From Eremomyces bilateralis CBS 781.70 (lineage: Eukaryota), in the NCBI GenBank assembly GCA_010015585.1, contig ML975188.1: 64,000 nt of DNA. One strand, written 5' to 3'. Position 1 is the stretch's first letter; the number at the start of each line of letters is the position of its first letter. The position numbers and the translations under genes are program-made. The notes below the pieces were generated by a model. The model searched no databases and was not told where the DNA came from. It worked only from the letters and a program-made list of their open reading frames with translations. Positions 49,524-61,784 of this stretch are shown piece after piece.

Positions 49524-50208
49524 ATTGGTTGCTCTCTTTCCAATCTGTACCGGATCAGGGTGGGGGAGGGGGGTGCGGGGGATGGCGAGACGATGAGGAA
49601 TTCGGAGGCGGCCAGAGGATTTTTATAAAGGAATCATGAGGAGGAAGAGGGAGGGGTGTTCGAGATGTGTTCGTGGGTGTGTTTGTGGTGTAACGGTGAA
49701 GATTTGTACAATGTTACCGGCTTGAGTGACAGTATACGGATGATGGTATTGTGCGTGTTGGTACCTTATTGGGATTCGTTATTGTTCGGAGGTTAAGAGG
49801 GACTTAGCCGCCCGTTAAGTTCCTTCGGCATTAACACCTACGCCATCTCATTAACTCCGACTGCAACTCATCACTCCAATACGCAAGCAAGTCGCTCGGT
49901 GCCTTGACGTCTGTGTATGTGGGTGACTATAATACGACAGAATACATGGGACTCTCAACACCCATCACCACAGTATTCCTACGACTAACCCTACGCTGCC
50001 AACATGTTCCTCTCTCTCACTTATAACCTCGATCTTCCTATTTATCCCCTCATTTGAAGCCATCTCTCAAAGGTTCCATGGTCTCACCGCCCTTCAGCCG
50101 GTATCTATCCAACCTCGAGTTACGACCTCGACCTTACTCGACCACCCACACCTCACCACACTCTCAACACCATAGCAACACCACTCACAACCTCTCTCAA
50201 CGATCACG

Positions 50209-51939
50209 ATGCCCTGCCAACTCTGCCACCACGACCCCTCCACCTCCTCCCCCCGCCCCTACCACTGCCCTACTTGCGTCGCCTCCGCCCTCCACCCCCA
50301 TCGCCTCTCCCTCGCCAGCATCCTCCTCTCCAACGACGCCCTACGCACCCGCATCGACGCCGTGCTCGCCCCGCACACCTCACAGTCCGCCACGGACCTT
50401 GCACCGGGGAACCTCAACCTCGCGCTGAGCGGGAACGTTAGCGTCCTAGGTGACGGTGCCGGCGGAGGAGGGGGTGGGGGAGCCGGGTTCATCGACATGA
50501 ACGAGGCTGCGCGCGCGGAGGGGTATCGGCGGTTGCGAGTGGAGATCCGGGAGGCGGACGAGCGGGCGGGGGAGGCGCGGCGGCGGGCGGACGGGCTAAA
50601 GCGGGAGGTGGAGGGGATGCGTCGGGAGGTGGACCGGCGGCGGGAGGGGTTGCGACGGCGGCGGGGGGATGGGGAGAGCGCGCGACATGGGTTGGGGAAG
50701 AGGGAGGATGGGGCGGTGGAGGAAGGGAGGCGGGGGGGAGGGCGGGGGGAGGTGAAGGGGACGGCCGTGATGAGGGCGGCGGTAGGGGCGAGACGGGTGC
50801 TGTGTCGGGAGTTGGGGGAGTTGGCGGGGTTGAGGCGGAAGAGAAGGCGGGGGAGGGATGGGGCGGTGAGGGAGGAGTGGACGGTGGGAGGGATGAAGGT
50901 GTGGGATTTGCGAGATATGACCGGTATGACCTAAATTTTCTTCTATTGACTCTCTACATCTTCCGAGAAAGTACTCAACTAATCTCCCCCAGCTGCCGAC
51001 CCCCACCGCCTCACCGCCTCCCTCACCCACCTCGCCTACCTCACCGTCCGCGCCTCCCACTACCTCGGCCTCCGCCTCCCCGCCGAAATTACCCTCCCCC
51101 ACCGCGACTACCCCCTTCCCACCATCCTCCACCCCAACTCCTCCTACCGCGCCACCGTCATCCCCTTCCCCGGCACTATCCCCACCACCTCCCCCTCCGC
51201 CTCCACCACCACCGCTGCCAAAACCCCCCGCGACACCCCCGTCCCCCGCCTTCTCTTCCTCGACAAATCCCTCCCCGAGCTCCACAAGTCCGACCCGTCC
51301 GCGTTCAAGAACTTCGTCGAGGGCGCCGCCCTGCTGGCATGGGATGTTGCGTGGCTGTGCCGCGCCGAGGGGGTCGGCTTCGTCGACCGCTGGGATGAGA
51401 TCAGCAACGTCGGGCGCAATCTGTATCAGTTGTTGGTCGTCGGGACGCGCGCGGATACCGCGGGACGCGCGCCGGTGTCGTTGCCGCCGCGGTCGACGTC
51501 GCAAACACCACCGCCATCCGCGATGCCGGTGGGTCGTCAGGGGACCGAGCTCCCGTCTGCGGGCCGAGAGAACGGCGCGAGCAGCCCTACCACCACGCCC
51601 GACGCCGCGTACACGCCCTCGTTCGGCACGTATAGTCACGGCACGGCGCTAGCGTTCTTCGGGGGGGCGACGCCGACGACGTACATGCAGGGGTGGACGC
51701 ACCGGTTGCCGAGCGCGTATATTGATAAGGTGCGGGGGTGTTTGGTGGAGCGGATCAAGGGGGCGGAGTGGGAGGTGTTGGATGGAAAGTGGGTGGAGGA
51801 GATGATGGAGGAGGGGGTTGGGGGGGAGGGGTTGGTGGTTGGGACGACGGGGGTGGAGAGGGGAGAGGAGGAGGAGGAGGGGAAGGGGAAGGCGAATGGG
51901 TGGATGAGGGTGGAGGGTAGGGGGAACGAAGGGAAGTAA
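50209..51939 (+). CDS. ATG14/UVRAG(Vps38)-family autophagy/PI3K subunit-like protein
   Basis: Intron 50924-50992 joins the two ORFs in frame. N-terminal CQLC..CPTC, coiled coil, HYLGLRLPAEITLPHRDYPLPTI, LAWDVAWLC. Confidence 0.8.
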
Positions 51940-52255
51940 GGTGGAGGTCCGGTTGATGAGTGCAAGACGTTGGAGGATTGTTTCGGATTGTGGATGTGAT
52001 GTTGGCAGTTGACACTTGATCCTCAGAGACTAACATTGAACCTCAACTTCTGAAGCAAGCCGGCTACCTGGAGAGAGCTAATGACTTTACTACCTTATGA
52101 ATTGGACATTTGATATTCCTTGGGCATATCAAGAGAGGACTTCATCGCTATGCACTGGTTTGAGGCCATGTCGAATGGATAATAGGCGGAGACTACTCAC
52201 GTCTACAAGACAAAAGACAGCGAGCCCTTCTGCCGTATCCGTCTTCCCATTTGCA

Positions 52256-52403
52256 TCCATCCCTTACAAGTGTAGACTTTTCCATCCCTTACAAGTGTAG
52301 ACTTTTCCATCCATTACAAGTGTAGACTTTTCCGTCCCTTGTCAGTGTAGACTTTTCCGTCCCTTGTAAGTGGACTTTCCCGTCCATTGCAAGTGGAGGC
52401 TTT
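52256..52403. repeat. Minisatellite, about 6 copies of a 25-bp unit TCCATCCCTTACAAGTGTAGACTTT
   Basis: Head-to-tail copies at 52256, 52281, 52306, 52331, 52356 and about 52379, with no spacers and progressive degeneration to the right. Confidence 0.92.
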
Positions 52404-53518
52404 TCAATCTGCGCTGGCAGCTTCATCACCAGTCACAAGTCTCCGAGACCTGATACAGGAATCATGCAACAAAGGAACAACCCAATCGGTCACCGCCTAC
52501 GGTCGCAACGGATCGGTCGAGACAGGGAAGTTATCCAAGGAAAGATCTACCGATTCCCGTTGTTTCAATGTTCGGTATGTCACTGCACCGCAGCCGGTCT
52601 CCTAGGGCCCACAAGGACCACTACATAGTTGCTATATAATGTCAGGACGTCTAAGCAAAGATCCAAAGTGCTAAAGATATCTGAGAGCCGATCCCTTTCT
52701 AATCGGTGTTACTGCTATGCAGGATGTGCGATACGTGATTAACACCTCCACCTACCCAAACCAGTCAATCGGTTTTTTCATCTGCAACGAGCTGATACTG
52801 GTCGACAGGTATTTATACTGTAGTTAGTGTAGCTGATTTCTTGCACCAACCAGAATGCAAACTGACGTGTCTATCCTCTGGAATGCGGAATACGCTTCTA
52901 AGCTTACATCGTAGTGGTTCAATGGGTCAAATAATCGTGTAAAGATAACTTTCTGAACTGTGCTAGAAGAAGCCAGTTATATATCTAGGACAAGGGACGG
53001 ATAAAACTTATATACAACCACAGCACCAGTCCAGCCGATCGTTACCTAGAGAAATCAACAAGTCCAGGACCACACTGACTACCCCAAAGTCTGACGGCAT
53101 TTAAGAATCAGGACTCTTAGTCAAGATCACCGGACAAGAGGATTTCGACCAATTGGATATATGAAGATCACAGACTAATTCTCGTCAGATTCATCCTCAC
53201 TCTTCTATAGAATACGAAATATACGGTACCAGAAGATGTAAAGTCCCGATTCTCAAATACGGCAGACCTTGTGGCAAGAAAGTGTATAATCATAGGAGGA
53301 CCAAGTGGGAGCGTATGTGAGATACAGCGGACACTGCACAGGCACGCAACATTGAAGTGTATATAAAGTGCTTGTCTATCTGCTCTCAACAACTCCATCA
53401 AACACTCAAACACTTCATATTTGGTTCCAATAATTGCAGCCAAACTTATCACTCACAAACGTACTTCTCGAAACCTCAAGCTACACTATCCTAAACCCTT
53501 CAGCCGCTCCACTCCAAA

Positions 53519-53880
53519 ATGCGCATTACACTCCCAACACCATTGCCATCCTCGGCGCCGTTCTCAGCCTAGCCAACCCAGGCTCAGCCTACGTAATCAC
53601 CCTGTGGCAAAACTCCGACTGCAGCGGCAACTCTCGTGAGCTGAATGTCTACGACAACTCGCGCGCGCCCAAGTTGGACCCGGGATACTCTGCGATTCAG
53701 CCCAAGGCTTATGGCAATGGCAGGCAGAGGGCCTACATCTTTTCACCCGGTGACTGTGGCAACCTCGCGTCTACCATTGATAACTGGTGGGCGGATGGGG
53801 GGGGCAACAACTTTAAGATTGGGAAGTGTTTGGATCTGGGTGGGAGGGTTATGCATGCAGCTGCTTCTTATGCGGCGTAA
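53519..53880 (+). pseudogene. Small secreted Cys-containing protein with a frameshift immediately after the start codon
   Basis: TATATAAA at about 53360. ATG 53519 in CAAAATG context stops at 53572. The frame reached by removing 2 nt reads (M)HYTPNTIAILGAVLSLANPGSA-YVITLWQNSDCSG..FSPGDCG..GKCLD..AASYAA*, about 120 aa with a signal peptide. Confidence 0.7.
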
Positions 53881-54587
53881 CGAGGGAGGTCTGGTAAGTA
53901 TTTCTGCTCCTAACCCACTCTTACATTAATCGAGCTTATGAGACTCTTCATAGTAAAATATGAGTGCTCGTCGTTGAATGGGAGGGCGATTTGACGAGAT
54001 GTTGTCAGTGGTCTTGTTAGGCCTTTACTGTCCTTACCTCTCCTAGTCTCATATTATGTAAATATATGTTCTTTTACGTCAAGACAAGCGACATAGTCAA
54101 TTAGAATCTAGCTGTCTCTCAAGTATGTGCCTACATAGCTCAGTGTACTGATCCATTGCCATTCCGGTTAATTTAGTGAGCTTGATTTGTAGTGATTGGA
54201 GTCTTCACATAGGAAAAAGGGAAGGAGGAAAGATAAGACGAATAATAATAATATTACATTAATATTATTCCATTCAAACGACCGTCCAATATCTATAGAT
54301 ATAACCGTCTATAGATCACGAGTGTGGAGATACGTTGTGAAGTATCCCCTTGATGGCTGCAGTGCTTAAAGGCTAGTATTGTCGTACCAGGAGTGTTAGC
54401 CATGTGACTGACTACTGCCCCCTTCGACAGCCATATAATTATTAGGAAAACTTAGTCGTAACATAATGTTGCCCTAAGTATATAATTTCTCTAATTTCCC
54501 ACCGAAAAATCTATGTGATTTCGTTGTGTAGGCAAATAATTTGAGTTTGATGGTGGAAACTGGTTTGGATGAGGAAGTTGAGCACTA

Positions 54588-54788
54588 CCGCAAGACCTGA
54601 CAACAATCAGAAACTGGTACAGTCCGTGGAATACGGAGATTCTGGCCAATTGCAACTCGAACTACATACCCTCCTTTTGTTTAACGAAACATAACTTTAC
54701 CACGGAGTGTTAGAATCCTCCTTCTTTAATTGGTGTTATTTAATCAAATCAAGGTTAACCAGTTTCTGGATGTCGTCAAGTCTTGCGG
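54588..54788. mobile_element. MITE, Tc1/mariner-type (TA TSD)
   Basis: 31-bp imperfect TIRs CCGCAAGACCTGACAACAATCAGAAACTGGT / ACCAGTTTCTGGATGTCGTCAAGTCTTGCGG, flanked by TA at 54586-54587 and 54789-54790. AT-rich non-coding interior. Confidence 0.75.
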
Positions 54789-57490
54789 TACTGTAGCGGT
54801 GGCCGTCAAGGGGATAGAATTACGGAATATATAGTATCTAACGTACCCCACAAGCGAGTGGTCACTACGAGCGTGGAGTCAAACCTAACCACGCAACACC
54901 AGTGAGCCAGGAAATCGGGTTGAAACATGTCTTTTAGGTCGTCCCGTTACTACAGATTAGTTTTTCTATCGGAACATCATATAATTACGACGTTGTAGAG
55001 ACATCTATAATTGAAGTGGTTTGGTTTGGTTTGGTTGGGGCTGACCGCTCGCTTGTGGAGTACGTTAAAGCCTTAAAGGCAACCTTTGGTTGAGTACTCA
55101 GTTAAGGCTAACTGGCCCTGCCCTGTGTTGCTACAAATACATACACAGTCGAGGACACGGAGCCCACGTGATGAAGCTCACCCCTTCGACTACGCTGGGT
55201 TCTCCCAAGGGTTAGATGATCTATCATGGATCCTGAGAGTCAAGTCTCTAAAGATTCCCTTTCCGTCCGTTGGTGGAACCCCCTTCCTCACGATTGTCGT
55301 GTCCAGACCGTTCCAGCCACGCGCCGATCACGTCTCCATCGCCGTTCAATAGTCCCTCAGCGCCACGACCCAACGGCGGCAAGATCTGCGAAACGGTAAG
55401 ATTATGAGATTAAGCATGGCACGGGGATGCAGGAGTGAGGAGAGGCGCAGGCGGAGGGGAAGGTCCGAAGGAGGGAATTGAATGGAAGGATTTCCGCTGG
55501 GATGGATTGGCGAGTTGGCGCTATTGGGAGTCAATTTGGGAGTCAATTTGGCGGTGGTGTAGTGGTGGTGACGAGGAGGGAGGACGTAATGCGAGCGGAT
55601 TGGGGGGTGGGAGATTGGGAGATTAGATTGGGCAGATAGGCGGTGTTTGAAGAGCAAGACATGATCGATGTGTCGACTGATTGAGAGTGCAACTCGAGCG
55701 ATAATTATGAGTTATCGTCATCGTCTTCTACTTCCTTTCCTCTTCATCACTGCGCTCCGCAATCCTCTCAATATATCATGAGTGAGACACATGGTGATCA
55801 TCACCAATATTTAATCTCTAATATTAATCTCTGATATTAATATCGCAACAGATCGGCGGCCGCGAGGCTGAGAGCGAGAGGGGGAATCAGAGAAAGGAAG
55901 GACCTAAAAGGGGCTATCCCCATTAGGTTAGTCTGATCCTGCAAGGGGATAGGAACAGGATTAGCGTCTCGGCAACTCCAAGGGGAAAAGAGCACCGAGC
56001 ATCCCATCCCCTCTCAAGTGTCAAATCTCGACTAGCCACCAGCCAAAGCTTCACACCGAGCTGTCATCTCGCACCTGTCAAATCACACCTGTCCAGGTGT
56101 TGGTCTAGTCAGCACTAATGAGCATGTATTTACCATTTCCTTTTCTGGTGGCTCCGAGACGCGACTGCCGTGGAGGAATCCAATTGATATGACTGATATT
56201 GCAGTCATCTCCAATGGTGCAAGACAATAGGAATCTTATTGTTCTAATATACCAACCCAATCTCCAATCACGCGCAATCAAGTTCGATAGATTTCTCACC
56301 CACCGCGACTGCCCAGCAGGTCTGGCGGCTCGGCGGCCCAGCACTCAGCACTCAGCACTGAAGTCAGCAGCCATTTCGCGGGAGCTGGGGCCGACTCATT
56401 GTGGAGAGAGCCTGACCTAATAGCCCGAGCTAATCGCTTGCCCGAGGCGGTGATGGATTAAATGAAGACACCCCACCAAGGCACTAACCGAAATCCCAGT
56501 GGGCGGTTGTTGGCACTTGAGAGACACTTGACAGAGCTAGGACGCCCACTTTGACTAAAAGCGGCAGCCTAGTTGCAGCTCAATCTCCGGCGTCCAATCA
56601 GATATTCCATGCCCCTGACGTTATCCCCATAATGGACTGGCGGAGTTGGCCCAAGCGCCATGCTCATGGCGCCGCACAACCCACCTCACACGCTCTCATT
56701 GGCCCCGCTCTCTCCCGCTTCATCTTGCATCGTCTTCATCCCCGTCTCGTTTTCTTGTTGATATGTCACTGTCCCTGTTGAGTTGTTCCCTGAGTATTCC
56801 CTGATCCCTCCCTGTCGATATTTCACCAATATCGCCCGTGCTCCTCCATCTTGTCCAACTGCAACCGTTCCTTACCGCTGGTCCGTTCCTCCTGTTCACT
56901 TGGCTTCCCCGGCGTTGCCGCTTGTGGTGAATTTCACATCCTTCCTGGCCCTTCGCTGGCCGCCTGGGCTCCTTAGTTCCTCCTCTCGTCCAAATGGCCA
57001 GCGCCTTGTGTCCCAACCAGGACGGCGTCTTCCATCGTGGCCCGTTCATCGGCTTCACGGTGGATCCGGCCGGGCAGTTCCTGGCCTTCCCTCCCTCATC
57101 CCTGGGCCAACTCCTGTTCCTTCGCCCAAGTTGCCAATCGCCCACGCCGCCCAATGCCCCAATCCGACCCCCCAAGGTCTCGCTCGCCCTGCGACCCGGT
57201 TTCCTTTCCCTGGTGCTGACTGACTCCGCTCTTTCGTCCCTCCACCCTCTCTCTCAACTGATCTTCCTCTTTTCTTCTTCTCTTTCCGCTCTTTCTGTCC
57301 GATCGTCACTCACTCTCTTTTACGACCGTACACGTCTGCCATTTTTTGCGCGTTTGCTGATATCTCAGCAAGTCCATTCGTTTGAACTCTCGACTGAGTA
57401 ATCGTCCGCTGCCACTCCTTTCGCGGTTTCTCGTTCTTTGACACTAGGACCGTCGCTGTAACACATCGTCTCGCGGAGGAAGGATTCAAG

Positions 57491-59158
57491 ATGAAGGCAG
57501 GACTCTTCGCCGTCGCCGCCGGCTCGCTGCTGGCGAGCGCCTTTGCTGCGGATCACCAAGGTCACGCAAAGTTCCATAAACGAGGAGGAAATCATACAGC
57601 TGCTCCCGAGGAAACATGCGGTTGCACCACATACACCACCTACTTCTATGGAGACGCAACGAGTACGTATTGATTTTCGTCACCCACGCACCCGGTTCGG
57701 CGAAGGAGAGGGAGTGGACATGCGGGTTATAGAATCATCTGAAAAGACATTGACAGTACAATAGTTCTCCCCCCTAAGCCATCTCCCCCCCCTACGTCGA
57801 CCAAGCAAGAGCCGGTGCCTACTCAATTCGTCACCACTTGCCCGACTCCCGGCACCTACACTTTCCCCGCAACCACCGTGGTCGTGACATCCACCACTAC
57901 CGTCTGCGAAGCGACGTCCCACCCGTTGACGCCTGGCCACAACACATATGGTGGTGTGACGACCGAGGTGACGACGTCCACTACGGTCACTTGCCCCTAT
58001 GCCGCCGTCGAGACTTCCAACGGTGTCGAAACTACTGTCCTGAGCAGCACTGTGTACGTCTGCCCATCCGCCGGCACCTACACTCCGATCCCCGCGACCA
58101 CCACATCCGTGCCGGTCAGCACCGTCTTGGTCTACCCCATCCCGGCTACCTACACTCCGGGCACCTATACCCGTGACGAGACTGTCGTGACGGTGACCGA
58201 GACCGACTTCGTCTACGTCTGCCCGTACACTGCCTCTGTCATCCCCGTCCCGGCCCCGACCTCTGAGACTCCTGCTCCTCCTCCCGCGCAGACTTCCGAG
58301 ACGCCCGCGCAGACTTCCGAGACGCCCGCCAAGCCCTCGTCTTCCGCGCCCCCGTCCCAAGGCGGCATCAAGAGCAATGGCGACCAATGGGCCATCACCT
58401 ACACCCCCTACTCTTCCAACGGCGCCTGCAAGACCTCTGACGAGGTCAACGCAGACATCAGCATCATCGCCGGCAAGGGCTTCACCACCGTCCGCCTCTA
58501 CGCCACCGACTGCTCCGGCCTCGAAAACGTCGGCTCCGCCTGCTCCGCCAATGGCATCCGCATGATCATCGGCGTTTTCATCGACGCCGGCGGCATCTCC
58601 AAGGCGCGCGAGCAAGTCACCCAGATCGTCTCTTGGGGCAAATTCGACCTCGTCGATCTCGTCGTCGTCGGCAACGAGGCCATCTTCAACGGCTACTGCA
58701 GCGCCGGCGAGCTCGCCTCCTTCATCGGCGAGTGCAAGGACGCCTTCACTTCCGCCGGCTATTCGGGCCCCGTCACCACTACCGAACCCCTTAACATCAT
58801 CCAGCTGCACGCCGCCACTCTCTGCCCCGCGGTCGACGTTGCCGCCGCCAACATCCAGCCCTTCTTCAACCCCGAGACCTCACCGGAGTTGGCGGGTACG
58901 TTCGTTGCCGGTCAGCTGGCCCTCGTCAGCGCCGCCTGCGGCGGCAAGGATGCGTACAATCTCGAGTGCGGCTGGCCGAGCAGCGGCAGCGCCAACGGTG
59001 TGGCGACTCCGGGTACCGATGCGCAGCGTGTCGCCCTGCAGGGCATCGCGAGCGCCGTCGGGAGCCGGACGGTGTTCTTCAGCTTCAACAACGATGACTG
59101 GAAGCACCCCGGCACCTTCGGCGTCGAGCAGCACTTCGGCTGTGTGGACATCTTCTAA
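57491..59158 (+). CDS. btgE: GH17 cell-wall glucanase/glucosyltransferase, BtgE/Scw11-like
   Basis: Intron 57663-57764. Signal peptide, Thr-rich CPTPGTYT repeats, then ITYTPY..CK, VRLYATDC, VVVGNEA, AANIQPFF, ECGWPS. Confidence 0.9.
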
Positions 59159-59763
59159 ATTATGGTTGATGTTGGAGTGGAAGAATCACGTTGATGATTT
59201 TGGTGGCGAGCTGTCAGTTTGCAGAGTTGTAGCCACATGTGTGGGCGGCCTATGAATCCTACGAACGGGGATCTCACTTTGCATACTACGGACTCGGTAC
59301 GGTAGCGGTAGCTGTTTTTTCTGGAGATGTTGACAATATTTGTCGCGGATTTTTTCGAATCTTCATGGGAGGGGAAGCGAGGGGGTTTGGTTTGGTGTGT
59401 GCAACGTACACGGAGAGAGTGCGAGAGGCAGTTTTTCGTGTAATTAGTGTCTAATCGTATTGTTTCGTCTGTCTTTACGACTTTGCTTCCATTGTTACAA
59501 TGTGTCGTATGCTGTGCTGCTTCTTTATCGAGAACGTAGCTTGATGGTCATCCGTCCATCAACAGTATCGTATTCTCTATTTACTATCCTTGCTCCAGAT
59601 CTTCATTCATAGCTGGCTCTCCCTAATCTATCCACTACCCAACCCAACCCAACCTCAACTCCTCACCGCTCCCACCTATCCCTCCCCCCACCCCCTTCAT
59701 CATCTCATGCCTTTCCATATAAAAAAACCCGCCTCCTAGCTCCTTCCCTCCTTCTCATCCCGC

Positions 59764-61259
59764 TCACTCCGCCCCCAACGCCCTTAACGCTACCCGCAGC
59801 TCCTTCACCGCCGTCACCACGTCCTCGAACTGCATCGCCGACACGGCCCAGCGCGCGTGTTTCTGCGCGTCGGCAATGGACTCGTCGTCGGTGCGCAGGG
59901 TTGAGAGGTGCGGTGTTGGGGGCGCGGGTTGCGTGTATGAAGCGGGGGGTGCCGGTGCCGGTGTCGGTGCGGGTTGCGGCGTGTAGTGCTGTTGGGGAAG
60001 TTGGGGGTGATGGGGTTGCGGTTGCGGTTGCGGTGAGGGGTGGAAGGGTAGTTGTTGCTGGGGTGGTTGGTGAGGCGCCTGGGGGGTGGGTGAGGGGCGG
60101 TAGAAGTCATGAGGGGAGGCGGCTGGTTGGTGGTGCTGGGAGGGTGGGGGTTGGAATGGGGGTTGCTGCTGGGGAGGTGGAGCGTATGGCGATGGTGTCG
60201 GCTGCTGCGAAGGAGGGGAGTAGTGCGGTGTTGGATCCTGAGGAGCAGGGGAATATTGCGGTGTCGGATTCAGCGGAGCGGATGTCTGTGAAGCGGGAGG
60301 GAGGCCCGCGCTATCGCCCGGCGCGGTGGACAGATTCGGGTCGCGCGGTTCGGCGGTGAAGGTCGGGACGGGGGGGAAGTAGCCGCCGCCACCTACGGAG
60401 CCAGTGCAGGAGGCGGGTGGTGAAGGCTCCAGGGGGGATACCTCGTCGTGTTGCGGAAGCGACGGAGGTTGGGAGGTGTGCAGCGACCGTATGGATGGGG
60501 TGGGCTGGGCGGGTACGACGGGGGATCGAGCGGGTGGTATCGGCGACGTGTCGTCGTCGGACGGCGCGCCTTCGACAGAGGGAGGCTGCCAGTTGGAGGA
60601 GCCGTCGATGGTCTGCACCTCGGGGTCGTTGGGGTCTTCAGGTGGGGGTTCTGGTTTGGGGTTGGAGAGGTTGGGGTCTTCGCCGGCGCGGATGGCTTTC
60701 ACGATGCGGACGGCGTGGTATTTGGCGTATTTGAGTTTGGCGGCCACGTCGGGTTGTCCAGGCTTCCAGATGCCGATCAGGTCGAGGAAGGTGATGGCGG
60801 CTTGGAGAGTGTCTGCGGTTTGTCTGGCTCGATATTAGGGGTTGTCGTTTGTGGAAATCCGACAGGCGGAGGCTGCTTACTTGGTCACCGTGTCGGTTCG
60901 GATGGCTTTCTCTCCCCGATCCAACACTTCATATGCAAACTGCTCGACATACGCTTGCGCCGCCGCATCGTCCAATATCGCAGATTCCCCCGCATGGGTG
61001 GTCTTCATCTTCTCGAGCTTATCCATTAACGTGGTCGTATAGGTCATGCACTCGTCATCCTCGGTATGCATCCCCTTGGCGAGGATCTGGTTGACGATGT
61101 GGTACTCGCCTAGCCCATGTTAACTCCCATACCACGATTTGGGACAGGATACATACACCAGTAAGCTATAACGGGTTTGAACTTTTCCAGTTGCGAGGCC
61201 CGGACCGCGAACCGGGTGATATCCAAGCTCTTGAGTTTGGCGGGGATATTCGCCGCCAT
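59764..61259 (-). CDS. vta1: Vta1, Vps4-associated ESCRT regulator
   Basis: Introns 61156-61110 and 60880-60824. MIT region KPVIAYWCEYH..KLKYAKYHA, Pro/Gln linker, VSL domain AQKHARWAVSAMQFEDVVTAVKELR. Confidence 0.94.
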
Positions 61260-61784
61260 TGTGTCGCTACTCTTCTACTATTTCTAAGATCGTAAGATTG
61301 GAATCTTATTTCCGGATTAACTTCGACAATCATTTAGCATCGAAGACAAGCAACCGTTCGTAAATCTCTAGGCTGCGATCAGTGCGATGGCATTTAATAT
61401 CAAGTGACGTTGGTGGTAAGGCTTCCAACAACTCCCCAATGGAATATGGGACGATTCACGTGCCGGTCCCACAGCCACAGCCCAGACTTTGACACCTAAT
61501 ATGCCTTGTTGCCTTGTATCACATTCAGATTCAGATTCAGATTGCATTGCTGTTGCTGTTGCAGTGTTGTGTCATGTTTCCAATGGCCCCTGTGGTATCT
61601 TCACCACCAGAGAGTACCGCATGAAAAGGACAGCTTGTCCAAATAGCCTATGCCACATGCTTAACACAACAACACTTGCACGTCGTCCGGTTTATGATCT
61701 ACCGGTCTCTGTTCTCTCCAATGCTGTAGTTCGATTCTTTTTGTAATTGCTTCAGTAACTCGTTCGCCGTGAGTGCCATCCACC

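Noticed and set aside
52256..52403. CRISPR-like array
   Set aside because: Units are head-to-tail with no unique spacers, there are no cas genes, and the DNA is eukaryotic; it is a minisatellite.
52905..54150. tRNA-like fragments (TAGTGGTTCAA, TAGCTCAGTG)
   Set aside because: No cloverleaf or paired acceptor/T arms could be built.
56994..57401. 135-aa ORF upstream of btgE
   Set aside because: Lies in a pyrimidine-rich promoter/leader; low-complexity translation with no supporting motif.
30076..61259. Membrane-trafficking cluster (epsin, SEC3, ATG14-like, VTA1)
   Set aside because: Large functional class and the genes are not contiguous; chance co-location is plausible.
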